DNA of 64,000 bases from an uncultured bacterium (GCA_963934795.1 CAWWAF010000001.1:15815-79814); one strand, 5' to 3'; positions 28,031-38,552 are shown, counted from the first letter of the stretch. A program made the numbers and translations. Notes: a model not told the origin generated them from the letters alone.

Positions 28031-29983
28031 ATGGATCCACACGCGCACCCGGAACTCACGGTAGCCCTGGCCTTGGCCGCCGGTATTCTGGCCCAATCCG
28101 TCTCACGCCTGCTTCGGCTACCGGGCATCGTGCTCCTCCTGGCCTGCGGTGCGCTGCTCGGGCCCGAAGGGATGGGCTGGATTCAGCCGCGGTCACTTGG
28201 CGAGGGCCTGTTCGGCATTGTCGATTTCGGCGTCGCCATCATTCTGTTCGAGGGCGGACTCAACCTGCAGTGGTCGCGCCTCAAGCGCCAGGAAGCAGCG
28301 ATCCGGCGGTTGATTAGCGTGGGCGCGCTGGCCACGTGGGGCGGCGCCACGTTGCTGGCCACGTTCTTGCTCGGCTGGCGCCTCGAGCTGGCGACGCTCT
28401 TCGGGGCACTCGTCGTGGTGACCGGCCCCACGGTGATTCAACCGTTGCTGAGGGACATGCGACTGCGCCCGCGGGTCAAGACGATTCTGGAGGCTGAAGG
28501 GGTGCTCATCGACCCGGTCGGCGCGCTGCTCGCTGGTTTCCTCCTGCAGTTGGTCATCGCGCCTCGGCTGACCACGTTCGCATCGGAAACGCTCGGGGTC
28601 GTCGTCAGTATCGGCTTTGGGGTCGTCGCGGGTCTGGCGACAGGGTTCGCGCTGGCCGGCGCGTTGCGGTATCGCGTGCTGGTCGCGCGCAACTACGAAA
28701 ATGTCTTTGCCTTGGCCAGCGTCGTATTGCTGTTCGAAGCCTGTAACGCCGTCATGGAGCCGAGCGGCCTGGTGGCGGTCACGGTGGCCGGTGTGGTGAT
28801 CGGCAATCTCGACACCCGGGTGGGACACGAGTTGCGTGAGTTCAAGGACCAACTCACGGTCTTGCTGGTCGGCATGCTCTTCGTACTGCTCTCGGCCGAT
28901 GTCGCACTCGACGATGTGCGCGCGCTGGGCTGGGGCGGACTCGCGGTCGTCGCCGCCCTGATCCTGGTCGTCAGACCGGTCGGTGTGTGGTGGTCCACCC
29001 GCGGCTTGAAGCTGACCCGCCAAGAACGAATCTTCATCGGCGGCGTGGCGCCGCGCGGGATTGTGGCGGCCGCCATCGCCTCCATCACAGCCGCGACACT
29101 TGAGGCGCAGGGCGTCGCCGGCGGTGCCGCCCTGCGCGCCCTCGTGTTTTCGACCATTGCCGGCACTGTCGTGCTGTCCGGGATGTTCGCCTACCCACTC
29201 GCCTGGGTCCTCAACCTACGGCTTCCCGAGCGGGACCGCGTCGCCATCTTTGGCACCGACGGTCTCGCACTCTCGTTAGCCGGTGCGCTCCGCACCGGCG
29301 GTGCCTCGGTGTTGTTCATCGAATCCGATCCCAAGCGTTGCCACGTCGCCGAACAGGCCGGCCATGACGTGGTCTTCGGTGACCCGCTCGACGAGCGCAC
29401 CATGCAGCGCGCGCGGATGGAGTTGGTCGGCACGGTGGTAGGCCTGACGTTCAACGAACACGCCAACGGTCTGTTCGTGCGCGAGGCGCGAGAGTCATAC
29501 GGTGTCGAGCGAGGATATGTTGCCATCGAAGAAATGGACGACTCGCGCACAGCGCACTTGATCCAGCGGTCCGGCCTCGACGTGCTGTTTGACGGACCAC
29601 ACGACCAGGCTCGCTGGGATGTCCGCTGCAGACATGGCGAGATCGACGTCCAGCTCTTCGAGTTCGGTCAGCCAGATCCGCCCCTACCGGCTGCGCCCGA
29701 CGACGGAACAGAGCAACCCGCGCCACCGCCGTCGCCGAGCCCAGGCCCAAACCCGGATCCGGATCCGACGGACTGCTACGCACTGCTCACGCGGCAACGG
29801 CGAGGCCGCGCGTGGCCGTTCCATCTCGGCTTCGTGCCCAAGCCCGGCGACGTAGCCAGTGTCGCGCTGTATCGCCCCGAGCGCGAGGCCGCTATCGCCC
29901 AACTCAATCTGGTGGGCTGGCGCCCGACTTCGGCCGAGATTGTCAGCGTGAGCTGCAAGCCCAACGACACGCGGACACTATAA
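28031..29983 (+). CDS. Cation:proton antiporter (CPA1 Na+/H+ exchanger family) with a C-terminal RCK/TrkA-N-like domain and a Pro-rich tail.
   Basis: 650 aa with a polytopic N-terminal domain (LLACGALLGPEGMGWI, ILFEGGL, EGVLIDPVGA). Followed by RVAIFGTDGLALSLAGALRTGGASVLFIESD. Confidence 0.9.
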   Translation: MDPHAHPELTVALALAAGILAQSVSRLLRLPGIVLLLACGALLGPEGMGWIQPRSLGEGLFGIVDFGVAIILFEGGLNLQWSRLKRQEAAIRRLISVGALATWGGATLLATFLLGWRLELATLFGALVVVTGPTVIQPLLRDMRLRPRVKTILEAEGVLIDPVGALLAGFLLQLVIAPRLTTFASETLGVVVSIGFGVVAGLATGFALAGALRYRVLVARNYENVFALASVVLLFEACNAVMEPSGLVAVTVAGVVIGNLDTRVGHELREFKDQLTVLLVGMLFVLLSADVALDDVRALGWGGLAVVAALILVVRPVGVWWSTRGLKLTRQERIFIGGVAPRGIVAAAIASITAATLEAQGVAGGAALRALVFSTIAGTVVLSGMFAYPLAWVLNLRLPERDRVAIFGTDGLALSLAGALRTGGASVLFIESDPKRCHVAEQAGHDVVFGDPLDERTMQRARMELVGTVVGLTFNEHANGLFVREARESYGVERGYVAIEEMDDSRTAHLIQRSGLDVLFDGPHDQARWDVRCRHGEIDVQLFEFGQPDPPLPAAPDDGTEQPAPPPSPSPGPNPDPDPTDCYALLTRQRRGRAWPFHLGFVPKPGDVASVALYRPEREAAIAQLNLVGWRPTSAEIVSVSCKPNDTRTL

Positions 29984-29993
29984 TTGCGCCAAC

Positions 29994-30797
29994 ATGCATC
30001 GCATCGACACACGGACCGGCACACGCAGCGCAGCAACCCAGACAGCGCTGGTCGTGGTGGTGTCCATCGTAGTCGGGCTGGTGGTCACGGCCTTCTTGGT
30101 GGTGGCACCACCACTCTCCGCCCGGCAGACCACCACGTCGCTCTTTCCGGCCTACGACGGCTTCGCCTACAACGACGATGGGTCTTTGCTCTTGGCGTTC
30201 ACCTACTTCAATCACAACCGCACGACGATTTCGGTGCCCATCGGCGAGGACAACATGTTCCTGACGGGTGAACCCGACCGGGGCCAACCGACGACCTTCC
30301 TCCCGGGACACCACCGGTTTCAATGCATGATGGTCGTCGACGGCGATTTCGACGGGGTGCTCCGCTGGCGCCTCTCCTTGGGCGACGAGACCCACCTCAC
30401 CAGTGATTCGATGCTGCAATACAGCTGGGAATTCGATGCCAACAGCGAACGACAGGCCCGCCGAGACGTCGACCCCACGACCGCGCCACGCAATGTCTGT
30501 TTGAATCGGTCACCGATCGTGCGAGTCCTCGGTCCGACCGAATTGACAGGGACGGTGGGTGAGGGCGTGAAGCTCTTCGGCAGCGTGCGAGACGAGGGCC
30601 TCCCACGCGACGTGCCGGTGACAGCGGCGTGGCAGCAAACCAGTGGACCAGGCACCGCCACGTTTGACGTACCCGACACCCCGAGAACCCTCGCCTTTTT
30701 TGACAGGCCGGGCTCCTACACGGTCGAGCTGAGAGGTAGCGACGGCGTGTTCGAACGCACCGCCTCCGTCACCGTCGACATCCAACCCGCCCGCTAG
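29994..30797 (+). CDS. Exported hypothetical protein; partner of the heme-monooxygenase gene and paralog of 873..1733.
   Basis: 267 aa with an N-terminal TM/signal (ALVVVVSIVVGLVVTAFLVVA). Shares blocks with 873..1733 and has a C-terminal Ig-like part (PGSYTVELRGSDGVFERTASVTVDIQ). Convergent with 30824..32245, gap 26 nt. Confidence 0.8.
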   Translation: MHRIDTRTGTRSAATQTALVVVVSIVVGLVVTAFLVVAPPLSARQTTTSLFPAYDGFAYNDDGSLLLAFTYFNHNRTTISVPIGEDNMFLTGEPDRGQPTTFLPGHHRFQCMMVVDGDFDGVLRWRLSLGDETHLTSDSMLQYSWEFDANSERQARRDVDPTTAPRNVCLNRSPIVRVLGPTELTGTVGEGVKLFGSVRDEGLPRDVPVTAAWQQTSGPGTATFDVPDTPRTLAFFDRPGSYTVELRGSDGVFERTASVTVDIQPAR

Positions 30798-30823
30798 CGA
30801 CGAGACCGGGTTCAACCGTTCCG

Positions 30824-32245
30824 CTACTGCTCGTTATTCGTACGCTGGGGATTGGCGAGTCGGTCCATCTGTTCCGCGCGGCGCTCCTCATACTGCTCGT
30901 CGGTCATGAAAGCGATGTCGGTCCAGGCGTTGCCCATGTCATCCATGGTGCGGGCACCCCATCCGATCCAGGCGGACGGGTCAGGATTGTGCTTGTTGGC
31001 AGCGGTGTTGTCGTGCCACGCCACCGAGTGCAGGATCGTGCCAGCGGGGAACAGGTGGGGTTCCGCATAGGTATACGTCAACTGCCAGACCTGCTCGTAA
31101 TTCGGCACGTCCGTCAGCAGCTGGCGCCGCCCGTCCGCGTGAATCGCTTCGAGCAGCATGCGGCTTCCCCTGAAGTGCATGTGGGGCTGAAAGTTGATGA
31201 CAATCGCCGGTTGCTCAAGCCGAAGGAAACGCTCTGAGCGGGCGACGGTGTGCGGCGGAATGCTGAGCTGCGCCAGGCTGTTGACGTTGCCCTCGGTCAA
31301 AAAGGGCTCCAGCGGCGTCTCGCCATCGAGCGGTAGGTCGACGCCCTGCTTGAGCAACAGGTCTTCGACTTTCTCTCGGTTCAACGTCCAGTCGTCGCCG
31401 ATGCCGGTCCTGATACGGTGCGACGTGACCTCGAGGTCAGGCACCTCGCCGCGCGGATAGAACTTGATACCGACGCGTGAGATGTCGTGAACCTCTTCGC
31501 CCCAGGGATGGTAGTGGGGCGCAAACCGGAACTTGGACCCGGCGTACAACATCTTGCCAGTCCCCTCCGGAAAGTAGTCACCTTTGTTTCCCATGACGTA
31601 CTCGGTGACGTGCACGGGATCAATGTCCTCGGTGTCGTCGGGGTTCTCCTCGGTAAAGGCGTAGACGTGTTCGTGATGCACGCAGCAGTTCGCGGTCGTG
31701 AGCAGCTGGACCCACTGCATGTGTCGGTCTTCGGTGAGTCCGGACTCGACCGTCTCCGACGGGAACATGTCGGCACCCTCCGCAGAGATGGTGAAACCTT
31801 TCTCCATCGAGACGATCATGTCTGGCTCGCCCCAGGCCCACTCGTCGAGCGAGGCGAGATCCAATGGCGGCGGTGCGTCCTCCGGATTTCCTTGCGGTGC
31901 GCCGGCCTCGACCCACCCGACGATGGTCGCAATCTCAGCGTCGCTAAGCGAGGGGTCGTCGCGGTAGACGCCAATGGCCCGGTCAAGGTGCCACGGCGGC
32001 ATCTGCCGCGCACTCACGCGGTCTTTGATGGCTCGCGCCCACGGCCGAACCTGGCCATACGTAAGCAATGACATTGGTGCCGCGGTGCCAGGACGATGGC
32101 AACTCTGGCAGGAGCGCTGGAGCAACGGCAGCACATCTTTCGTGAACGTCGGCGCCTCTGCCTCGGTCGCCGCGGCTACGGGCGCGGGACTACCGATGAC
32201 ACACGCCAGCGCAAGCAGACCGACAACGGTGATGACTCGCTTCAC
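30824..32245 (-). CDS. Exported cytochrome c domain (PSCyt1-like CxxCH) fused to a PHM/DBH-like two-copper monooxygenase domain.
   Basis: 473 aa. Signal peptide, then FTKDVLPLLQRSCQSCHRPG...RQMPPWHLD. Followed by CCVHHEHVY, FAPHYHPWG, FQPHMHFRG and TMDDMGNAW, in the order of the CuH (H,H,H) and CuM (H,H,M) ligands of peptidylglycine alpha-hydroxylating monooxygenase. Confidence 0.85.
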   Translation of the reverse strand: MKRVITVVGLLALACVIGSPAPVAAATEAEAPTFTKDVLPLLQRSCQSCHRPGTAAPMSLLTYGQVRPWARAIKDRVSARQMPPWHLDRAIGVYRDDPSLSDAEIATIVGWVEAGAPQGNPEDAPPPLDLASLDEWAWGEPDMIVSMEKGFTISAEGADMFPSETVESGLTEDRHMQWVQLLTTANCCVHHEHVYAFTEENPDDTEDIDPVHVTEYVMGNKGDYFPEGTGKMLYAGSKFRFAPHYHPWGEEVHDISRVGIKFYPRGEVPDLEVTSHRIRTGIGDDWTLNREKVEDLLLKQGVDLPLDGETPLEPFLTEGNVNSLAQLSIPPHTVARSERFLRLEQPAIVINFQPHMHFRGSRMLLEAIHADGRRQLLTDVPNYEQVWQLTYTYAEPHLFPAGTILHSVAWHDNTAANKHNPDPSAWIGWGARTMDDMGNAWTDIAFMTDEQYEERRAEQMDRLANPQRTNNEQ

Positions 32246-32389
32246 AACTGCCTCCGGTATCTCGCCAGGGTCCTGCGAACGCGGGGGGCCATACTGGACG
32301 AGTGAAATTGGGCAAGGTCAGCATAGCGTCCGGTGCCGGTGCCACGCAACAGGATTCGCCTGGGCTGGCGGGTATACTGCGTGGTCATC

Positions 32390-33704
32390 ATGCAGATCAC
32401 ATTTCACGGCGCCGCGCGCGGGGTCACGGGATCTTGCCACTTGGTCGAGTGCGGCGGCACACGCATCCTCCTCGACTGCGGCTTGATCCAAGGGGGACGT
32501 GAGCGGCACGAGCGCAATCGAACGCCGTTCCCGTTCGACCCCGCGACCATCGACGCCGTCGTTCTCAGTCACGCGCACATCGATCACTCGGGGCGGCCTC
32601 CGCTGCTGCGGAAACACGGATACCGAGGCCCTATCTTCACCACGGCCACGACCGCGCGTCTGCTTGAGATCATGCTGGCCGACTCGGGCCACATCCAGGA
32701 AGAAGACGCCCGCTGGAAGATCAAGCGGCTCAAGAAACAAAAGCAGGACGCGAGCTGGGTCACGCCGCTCTACACGGAGCAAGATGCCCTCGCCCTCCTC
32801 GGGCAGCTGGTGCCGGTTGGGCTGGGTTACACCGAGTCGCTGCCGGGGGGCGCTCAGGTCACGTTCGTGCCAGCTGGCCACATTTTGGGCGCGGCCATCA
32901 TTGAGCTGCGACTGGACGATGACGGCACCACACGCCGCCTGGTCTTCTCAGGCGACCTCGGGGTCCAGGGCTCCCGGCTGCTGCCACCGCCCCGGACGGT
33001 CGAGCGGCCGGACTACCTCATCATGGAGTCGACATACGGTGACCGAGAGCGGGAAGACGAGGACGACCGGACGGAGATGCTCTTCGACATCATTCGCGAC
33101 ACGACGGCGCGAGGCGGGAAGGTCATCATCCCGTCCTTCGCGGTCGGTCGGACGCAGGAGATACTCACCCGCCTGAACGACCTCGTAGAAACGGGCCGGC
33201 TGCCGGGCCTACGAGTGTTCGTCGACAGCCCCATGGCGGTCGCCGCCACCAAGGCGTTCGCTCTTCATCCCGAGTCATACTCCGGTCCGGTAAGGGAACT
33301 CCTGGCCAGCGGTGATCATCTCCGCGTCTGGCATGTGTACGGCGGGACGAGTGAAGCATCATCTGAAACACACGATAGCCGATGCCAAGAACACGATCGT
33401 CTTCGTGGGCTACCAGGCCGCCAGGTCGCTCGGCCGGATCATTCAGTCCGGCGTCTCGCCGGTGCGGATCTTCGGCCATTCGTATCCGCTGAACGCCCGG
33501 GTCGAGACCATCGAGGGCTTCTCTGCGCACGCGGACCGCACGGAGCTGCTGGACTGGTTCGAAGGGCTGGGCGGTACACCAGAGCGGACATTCTTGGTGC
33601 ACGGCGAGGAAACGGCCGCGCTCGCCTTCGCCACCTCGCTCGTCGACCGGTTCGCCGCCACGGTCACCGTGCCCACGCTCGGCGAGTGCGTCGATCTGTC
33701 GTGA
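32390..33704 (+). pseudogene. MBL-fold beta-CASP metallo-hydrolase (RNA-metabolising type), disrupted by an internal out-of-frame deletion near 33290..33315.
   Basis: Frame A reads MQITFHGAARGVTGSCHLVE...LSHAHIDHSG...AGHILGAA...ESTYGDR...FALHPESYSGPVRELLASG. Homology then resumes in another frame as VIISASGMCTAGRVKHHLK...GFSAHADRTELLDW...FLVHGE (ORF 33312..33704). About 25 aa normally found between these blocks is missing. Confidence 0.7.
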
Positions 33705-33791
33705 CCATGCACACCGAGTCTCCGAGAACACGGACAGACGGGCACTAAAACGCGCCGCGTCTGGACGCACCCCCGGGGACCGATTCAGTGC

Positions 33792-34400
33792 CTAGCCAAC
33801 CGTGAAGTCGGCAACGTGAACGTCGAGCTGGTGACTGAACCGGACGCCAGCAATACCGTCGACGCTCAGGCCCGATTTCGGCACGCTCGCCACCGCCGTG
33901 CCATTCGACAGAAAGCGCACGTTGCTTGCGCCCACCTCGACACTGAGCGTGTTCCGCGCCTGGCCGTTGTCGAGTCCGTTGACCGCGGCATGCCGCGCCC
34001 AGCCATCGGTGACGTTCTCGGTAACAGCGCCCATCCGCTTCTTGATGAGGAATTCTCCCGTTTCACGGATCAAGAAGTAGGTGTAGGTCTGACCTTCGCC
34101 ATCGAGGTCCGTCCCCCCCACGAACAACCCGTAGGAATTGGGGTGCGAGGACGGCTTGGTCTGCATGAGCGTGACGCTCGCGGTGAACGTGCCCGACCCC
34201 GAGTTGGCGGCATTCCAGAAAATCGCGTGGGGCCCCGTGGTCACGTGGAACCCATCACCCATCGACCGGAAGCTGAGCTCCTCGACGTTGGTGCCTCGAT
34301 CGAGGCGCGTCTTCCAACCGTCTGCCGTCACCCCGCCGCCCTGACCCAAGACCGGAAGGGTCATACAAAGGACCGCCGCCGCTACAAGACTGGTTCGCAT
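33792..34400 (-). CDS. Secreted protein, possibly a DUF1080/LamG-like jelly-roll.
   Basis: 202 aa with signal peptide MRTSLVAAAVLCMTLPVLGQ. The family call is weak and rests only on the pattern ADGWK...FTASVTL...NSYGLFVGG.... Confidence 0.7.
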   Translation of the reverse strand: MRTSLVAAAVLCMTLPVLGQGGGVTADGWKTRLDRGTNVEELSFRSMGDGFHVTTGPHAIFWNAANSGSGTFTASVTLMQTKPSSHPNSYGLFVGGTDLDGEGQTYTYFLIRETGEFLIKKRMGAVTENVTDGWARHAAVNGLDNGQARNTLSVEVGASNVRFLSNGTAVASVPKSGLSVDGIAGVRFSHQLDVHVADFTVG

Positions 34401-34523
34401 AGTGCCTCCTTCAGGCTGCCGTGAAGTCTGCTCTGTAATACGCCACTGGCGCCTCGGGCATTTCGCTGGTCACGAGACAGGGTGCGACCCGAGGCCCGGC
34501 GCGGCGCGCGTAGTCGCGCGCCG

Positions 34524-35969
34524 TTATGCCAGTTCCGAGAGTGTGGCGGCCACCAGGGTGTAGAAACGGGCGACGGACGCGACGTGCACCCGTTCGTCTG
34601 GAGAGTGCGGAAATTCGATTTGCGGGCCAAAGGAAATCATGTCGATGCCGGGAATCTTCTTGCCAAGAATGCCGCACTCGAGCCCGGCATGGATCGCCTT
34701 GATCTCTGGGTCGGCGCCAAGCTCGCGCTTGTGTACCGCCTTGACCACCTCAAGCAGCCGAGACTCGAGGTCCGGTTTCCACCCGGGATACGCGGCGTCC
34801 TCTTCCACCTCCGCACCGGCCAATAGACCCACCGCGCGGACCCGCCGACGCAGCGCCTCGAGCGCTGAATCAATCGACGACCGACTGCTCACGCCGATCC
34901 GCAGAGTCCCGTCCTCCTCCCCGACGGTCGCCAGGTTCACGCTCGTCTCAACCAGATCTGGGATGTCGTAGCTCATGGCCTCGACGCCATGAGGCAGTGC
35001 ATTGAGCAACGCGAGCACGCGCTCGGTCGTCGCATCGTCCCAGACGGCGGACGGCGGCGTCACGTCATCCACCGTGAGCTCCATGCCGGGGTCGGCCGGA
35101 CCATACTCGCGCTGAATCGCCTCCAGCTCCCGCTCGAGGGACGCCATCATGGCGCTGCGCTCCCCGGTCGATACCAGGAGCGTCGCGAACGCCTCTCTGG
35201 GGATCGCGTTGTGCGCGCTCCCACCGTCGATCCCGGCTAGCCGAAACCGGCAACCCGCGTAAGAGGCCCAGAGCGCCCGTGCGAGCAACTGCACCGCGTT
35301 TCCTCGCTGCAGATGGATATCGCATCCGGAGTGCCCACCCTTGAGCCCCCGCAGCGAGACCGACAACGCGGTACCCGCCGCGGGCGCTGACGTCACCGGC
35401 ACGGTGAGCTGCGTGTCGCCCCCACCGGCACAGCCGACGTAGACGATGCCATCCTCCTCGGAGTCCAGATTGAGCAGCTGACGCCCCCGCAACAGGCTCG
35501 CGTCGAGCTCCGCGGCTCCGGTCAGGCCGGTCTCCTCATCTATCGTGAACAACAGTTCCAGTGGACCGTGCGCGAACCCCGTGTCACCCATGAGCGCAAG
35601 CATGGTGGCCACGCCCATGCCGTTGTCGGAGCCGAGGGTCGTGCCGGTGGCGGTGAGGTATTGGCCATCAAGTTGGGGAACGATCGCGTCGGTCGCGAAA
35701 TCGAACACCACGTCGGAATTCTTCTCCTGCACCATGTCGAGGTGTGACTGGAGAATTGTCACGGCCGCGCCCTCGCTACCCGGGGTCCCAGGTTTTCGGA
35801 CCACGACGTTGCCTGCGGCGTCGATCTGGTGGGGCAACCCGTGCCGGTCAGCGACCGCGAGGACGTGGGTGCGCATCCGCCCCTCATCTTTTGAGGCCCG
35901 GGGAATTGTCAAAATCGTGTCGAAATGCTGCCAGACGGCGGTCGGTTCAAGCTCTGCGACGAACGTCAT
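34524..35969 (-). CDS. pepD: Aminoacyl-histidine dipeptidase (Xaa-His dipeptidase, peptidase M20C).
   Basis: AGGAGG precedes ATG 35969. Contains LEPTAVWQHFDTILTIPRASKDE, LQSHLDMV, TTLGSDNGMGVA and EETGLTGA. Confidence 0.9.
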   Translation of the reverse strand: MTFVAELEPTAVWQHFDTILTIPRASKDEGRMRTHVLAVADRHGLPHQIDAAGNVVVRKPGTPGSEGAAVTILQSHLDMVQEKNSDVVFDFATDAIVPQLDGQYLTATGTTLGSDNGMGVATMLALMGDTGFAHGPLELLFTIDEETGLTGAAELDASLLRGRQLLNLDSEEDGIVYVGCAGGGDTQLTVPVTSAPAAGTALSVSLRGLKGGHSGCDIHLQRGNAVQLLARALWASYAGCRFRLAGIDGGSAHNAIPREAFATLLVSTGERSAMMASLERELEAIQREYGPADPGMELTVDDVTPPSAVWDDATTERVLALLNALPHGVEAMSYDIPDLVETSVNLATVGEEDGTLRIGVSSRSSIDSALEALRRRVRAVGLLAGAEVEEDAAYPGWKPDLESRLLEVVKAVHKRELGADPEIKAIHAGLECGILGKKIPGIDMISFGPQIEFPHSPDERVHVASVARFYTLVAATLSELA

Positions 35970-36142
35970 GCATCCTCCTGGTACGGAATCCAGATTGCAC
36001 GGACACCATCGACACTCCGGCGGGTCGGCCCGAACGTGCGGGCGACGGCGATGCCAGCGGCGCTCATCGGACGTGCACCCGACGTGCACCCGACGTGCAG
36101 ATGACCCGCCGAGAGGGCGGGGTGTATCATCAAATCTACACC

Positions 36143-37045
36143 ATGACTGCGATACGAGCAGTGGGGACGACAGTCCCGAGGCCGGGCCGGCCAACCTCGA
36201 GGCCACGCCTCGCCTGGTATCTCGGCGCGCTTATCGTCACCGCCAGCGCGACTTCGGCGGAGGCACAGCCGGCGGCGTCTGGCGAGCCTCCCGCTCAATC
36301 TGCGCCTCAGGCGGACGCGCCTGCGGCCACCGCGTCACCGGCATCGCTCGAACGCATCAAACGCGCGCTGGACCTTCGTCGAACGGACAGGGCTCGGGCG
36401 AGCGGCCTCGAATTCCGCGAAGAAATCCTGCTACGCGACGAGCGACCGGAAACCGAGCCACTGCGTAACCTCGGCGTGGTGGCCGGGGTCGACTACGACC
36501 AATTCAGCCGCATACGTCCGGCGACGCCAGGGGCACTCCCCGGCCACTGGGACATGGTGGCGGCCATGACCCCGCGGGAGGCGACCGAGGCCGGGTCGGC
36601 CGACGTGATGGGTATCGCGACGGCGTCTGCCTTCAGCGCGGCCGCGTTCACGTTGGTCCCCGCGGCCATCAGGGCCATCGGCGGCTGGTTCGACGCCGAT
36701 GACGCCCGCGAGCCGACGACTCCGCCTGTACTCACCCGCGGGGAAGCATCCATCGCACTCGCCGGCGTATCCAACAGCGATTCGGTCATCAACGCGGACA
36801 TCGACCAACGTGGACGCACGGTCGCGTTGTCCCTCACGGTGAGGGCCGATACAGGACCCACTGCGGCGCGTGCGCTTGGGGAGGAGTTTGTTCGACTGGT
36901 CAAGACGATGGCCGCCACCGAACCGACACCCGGAGACGACCTGGGCATCGGTGCGTTCGACTATGTCGTCCACATCAGGACGCCCAGTAACGGGCTTCTC
37001 GCCCGCGGCGGCAAGTCCACGGCCGACCGAACGATTCATTGGTAA
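36143..37045 (+). CDS. Hypothetical exported protein.
   Basis: 300 aa from ATG 36143. Hydrophobic N-terminal segment (AWYLGALIVTASATSAEA). Codon position 3 is G/C-rich. No recognisable family. Confidence 0.5.
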   Translation: MTAIRAVGTTVPRPGRPTSRPRLAWYLGALIVTASATSAEAQPAASGEPPAQSAPQADAPAATASPASLERIKRALDLRRTDRARASGLEFREEILLRDERPETEPLRNLGVVAGVDYDQFSRIRPATPGALPGHWDMVAAMTPREATEAGSADVMGIATASAFSAAAFTLVPAAIRAIGGWFDADDAREPTTPPVLTRGEASIALAGVSNSDSVINADIDQRGRTVALSLTVRADTGPTAARALGEEFVRLVKTMAATEPTPGDDLGIGAFDYVVHIRTPSNGLLARGGKSTADRTIHW

Positions 37046-37064
37046 CCCGTCTGGCGGTGCGACC

Positions 37065-38552
37065 TCAGAGATCCATGATGGCCTCGATGTCTGGGTCGAT
37101 CTCTGGAGCTGGAGACGCCAGCGAGATGCCGAAGAACAGCGTCAACGACAGCAGCAGTGCCACGAACCCGCCGGTAATACCGTAGGGGATCGCAAGACCG
37201 AACACTTCAATACCGAAGTTCACGACCAGACTGGTGACGATGGCGACGTTGGCCGCGGTCGCGGTCGCCCGCTTCCAGTTGAAGCCAATGGCCACGGCCG
37301 GCACCAGCGCGGCCGCAAAGGTGCCCCACCCGAAGGCGCCGAGCAGGGCCACCAAGTCCTGCCGGGAGTAGAGCACGAAAATCGCGGATCCCACGGCCAG
37401 GACCACCGTCGCGACCCGGGCCCAGAACAGCTCGTTTGACAGTGACCGTCCGTACAAGGCGCGCGGGATGTCGTGCACGACGGCGGCGGCCCCGAGATTG
37501 AGAAAACTGTCGGCGGTGGACATGATGGCGGCAAAGAGCCCCGCGAAAACGATGCCAGCCAACATCGGACTCGCATGAAATTGCAGAAACTGCGGCGCCG
37601 CCTCGTCCGGGCTCGCCAGCTCCGGGTGGCCCCCCTGGATGACCAGTGCCCGCATCGCCAACCCGATGCTGAGCCACAGCAACGAACACAACATGTACCC
37701 GCCAGCGCTCACCGGCAAGGTGCGACGCGCGTCCTCGACCCGTCGGTTCATCATGAACTTGGTAATCACGTGCGGCTGGCCCGCCGAGCCCAGCACAAAG
37801 ACCACGAGCCAGGACAGTGACCCCATCATGCCGAGCGTGCCCCACGGGCTGACCACTTCCGGATCGTCCTCCATCAAGGCCGTGACCATCCCAGTCAACC
37901 CTCCGTCCACCGCACCCAACGCCGCGAAAAAGACAAACACCGCGGCGACGATCATGATGGCGCCCTGGACCAGGTCCGTGTAGACGGACGCCACGATACC
38001 CCCGGTGACGCAGTAGAAGACCAGCACGGCGCAGGCGATCACCATGCACGTCAGAATGGAGACCTCCGGAATGAACGACACGTTGTTCAACACATCGCGC
38101 AATACCGTGGCCATCGCGAGTATCTGCGTCCCCAGATAGCCGACGACCCCTAGCAGGATAGCCACCGCCGTCAGCAGACGCGCGCGCTCGCTGTTGTAGC
38201 GCGCCGCCACCGCGTCCGGCAGCGAGATGGTGTCCCGCAGCTCGGCGATCATGCGCAACCGGGAGGCGAGCAGGTAGAAGCTGCAGCAGAACGCCAGTGG
38301 ACCAACCACCGTCATCCAGGACGAACTCAGCCCCATCCGGTAGACCAGGCCTGGTCCACCGACGAATCCAAACCCGCTCATCTGGCTCGAGAACAACGCG
38401 AGCCCGGTCACCATCACGCCCAGGTCCCGGCCCGCCATGAAGAAATCGCGTGGAGACTTGGTGCGACGGAGGGCCCAGAGGCCGACGCCTATGCACATCA
38501 CCAGATAGACCACGACGAAGGCGAGCGTAATGACCGACCGCGAGTCGTCCAT
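37065..38552 (-). CDS. Sodium:solute symporter family transporter.
   Basis: 495 aa with about 13 TMs. Contains FFMAGRDLGVMVTGLALFSSQMSGFGFVGGPG. Confidence 0.9.
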   Translation of the reverse strand: MDDSRSVITLAFVVVYLVMCIGVGLWALRRTKSPRDFFMAGRDLGVMVTGLALFSSQMSGFGFVGGPGLVYRMGLSSSWMTVVGPLAFCCSFYLLASRLRMIAELRDTISLPDAVAARYNSERARLLTAVAILLGVVGYLGTQILAMATVLRDVLNNVSFIPEVSILTCMVIACAVLVFYCVTGGIVASVYTDLVQGAIMIVAAVFVFFAALGAVDGGLTGMVTALMEDDPEVVSPWGTLGMMGSLSWLVVFVLGSAGQPHVITKFMMNRRVEDARRTLPVSAGGYMLCSLLWLSIGLAMRALVIQGGHPELASPDEAAPQFLQFHASPMLAGIVFAGLFAAIMSTADSFLNLGAAAVVHDIPRALYGRSLSNELFWARVATVVLAVGSAIFVLYSRQDLVALLGAFGWGTFAAALVPAVAIGFNWKRATATAANVAIVTSLVVNFGIEVFGLAIPYGITGGFVALLLSLTLFFGISLASPAPEIDPDIEAIMDL

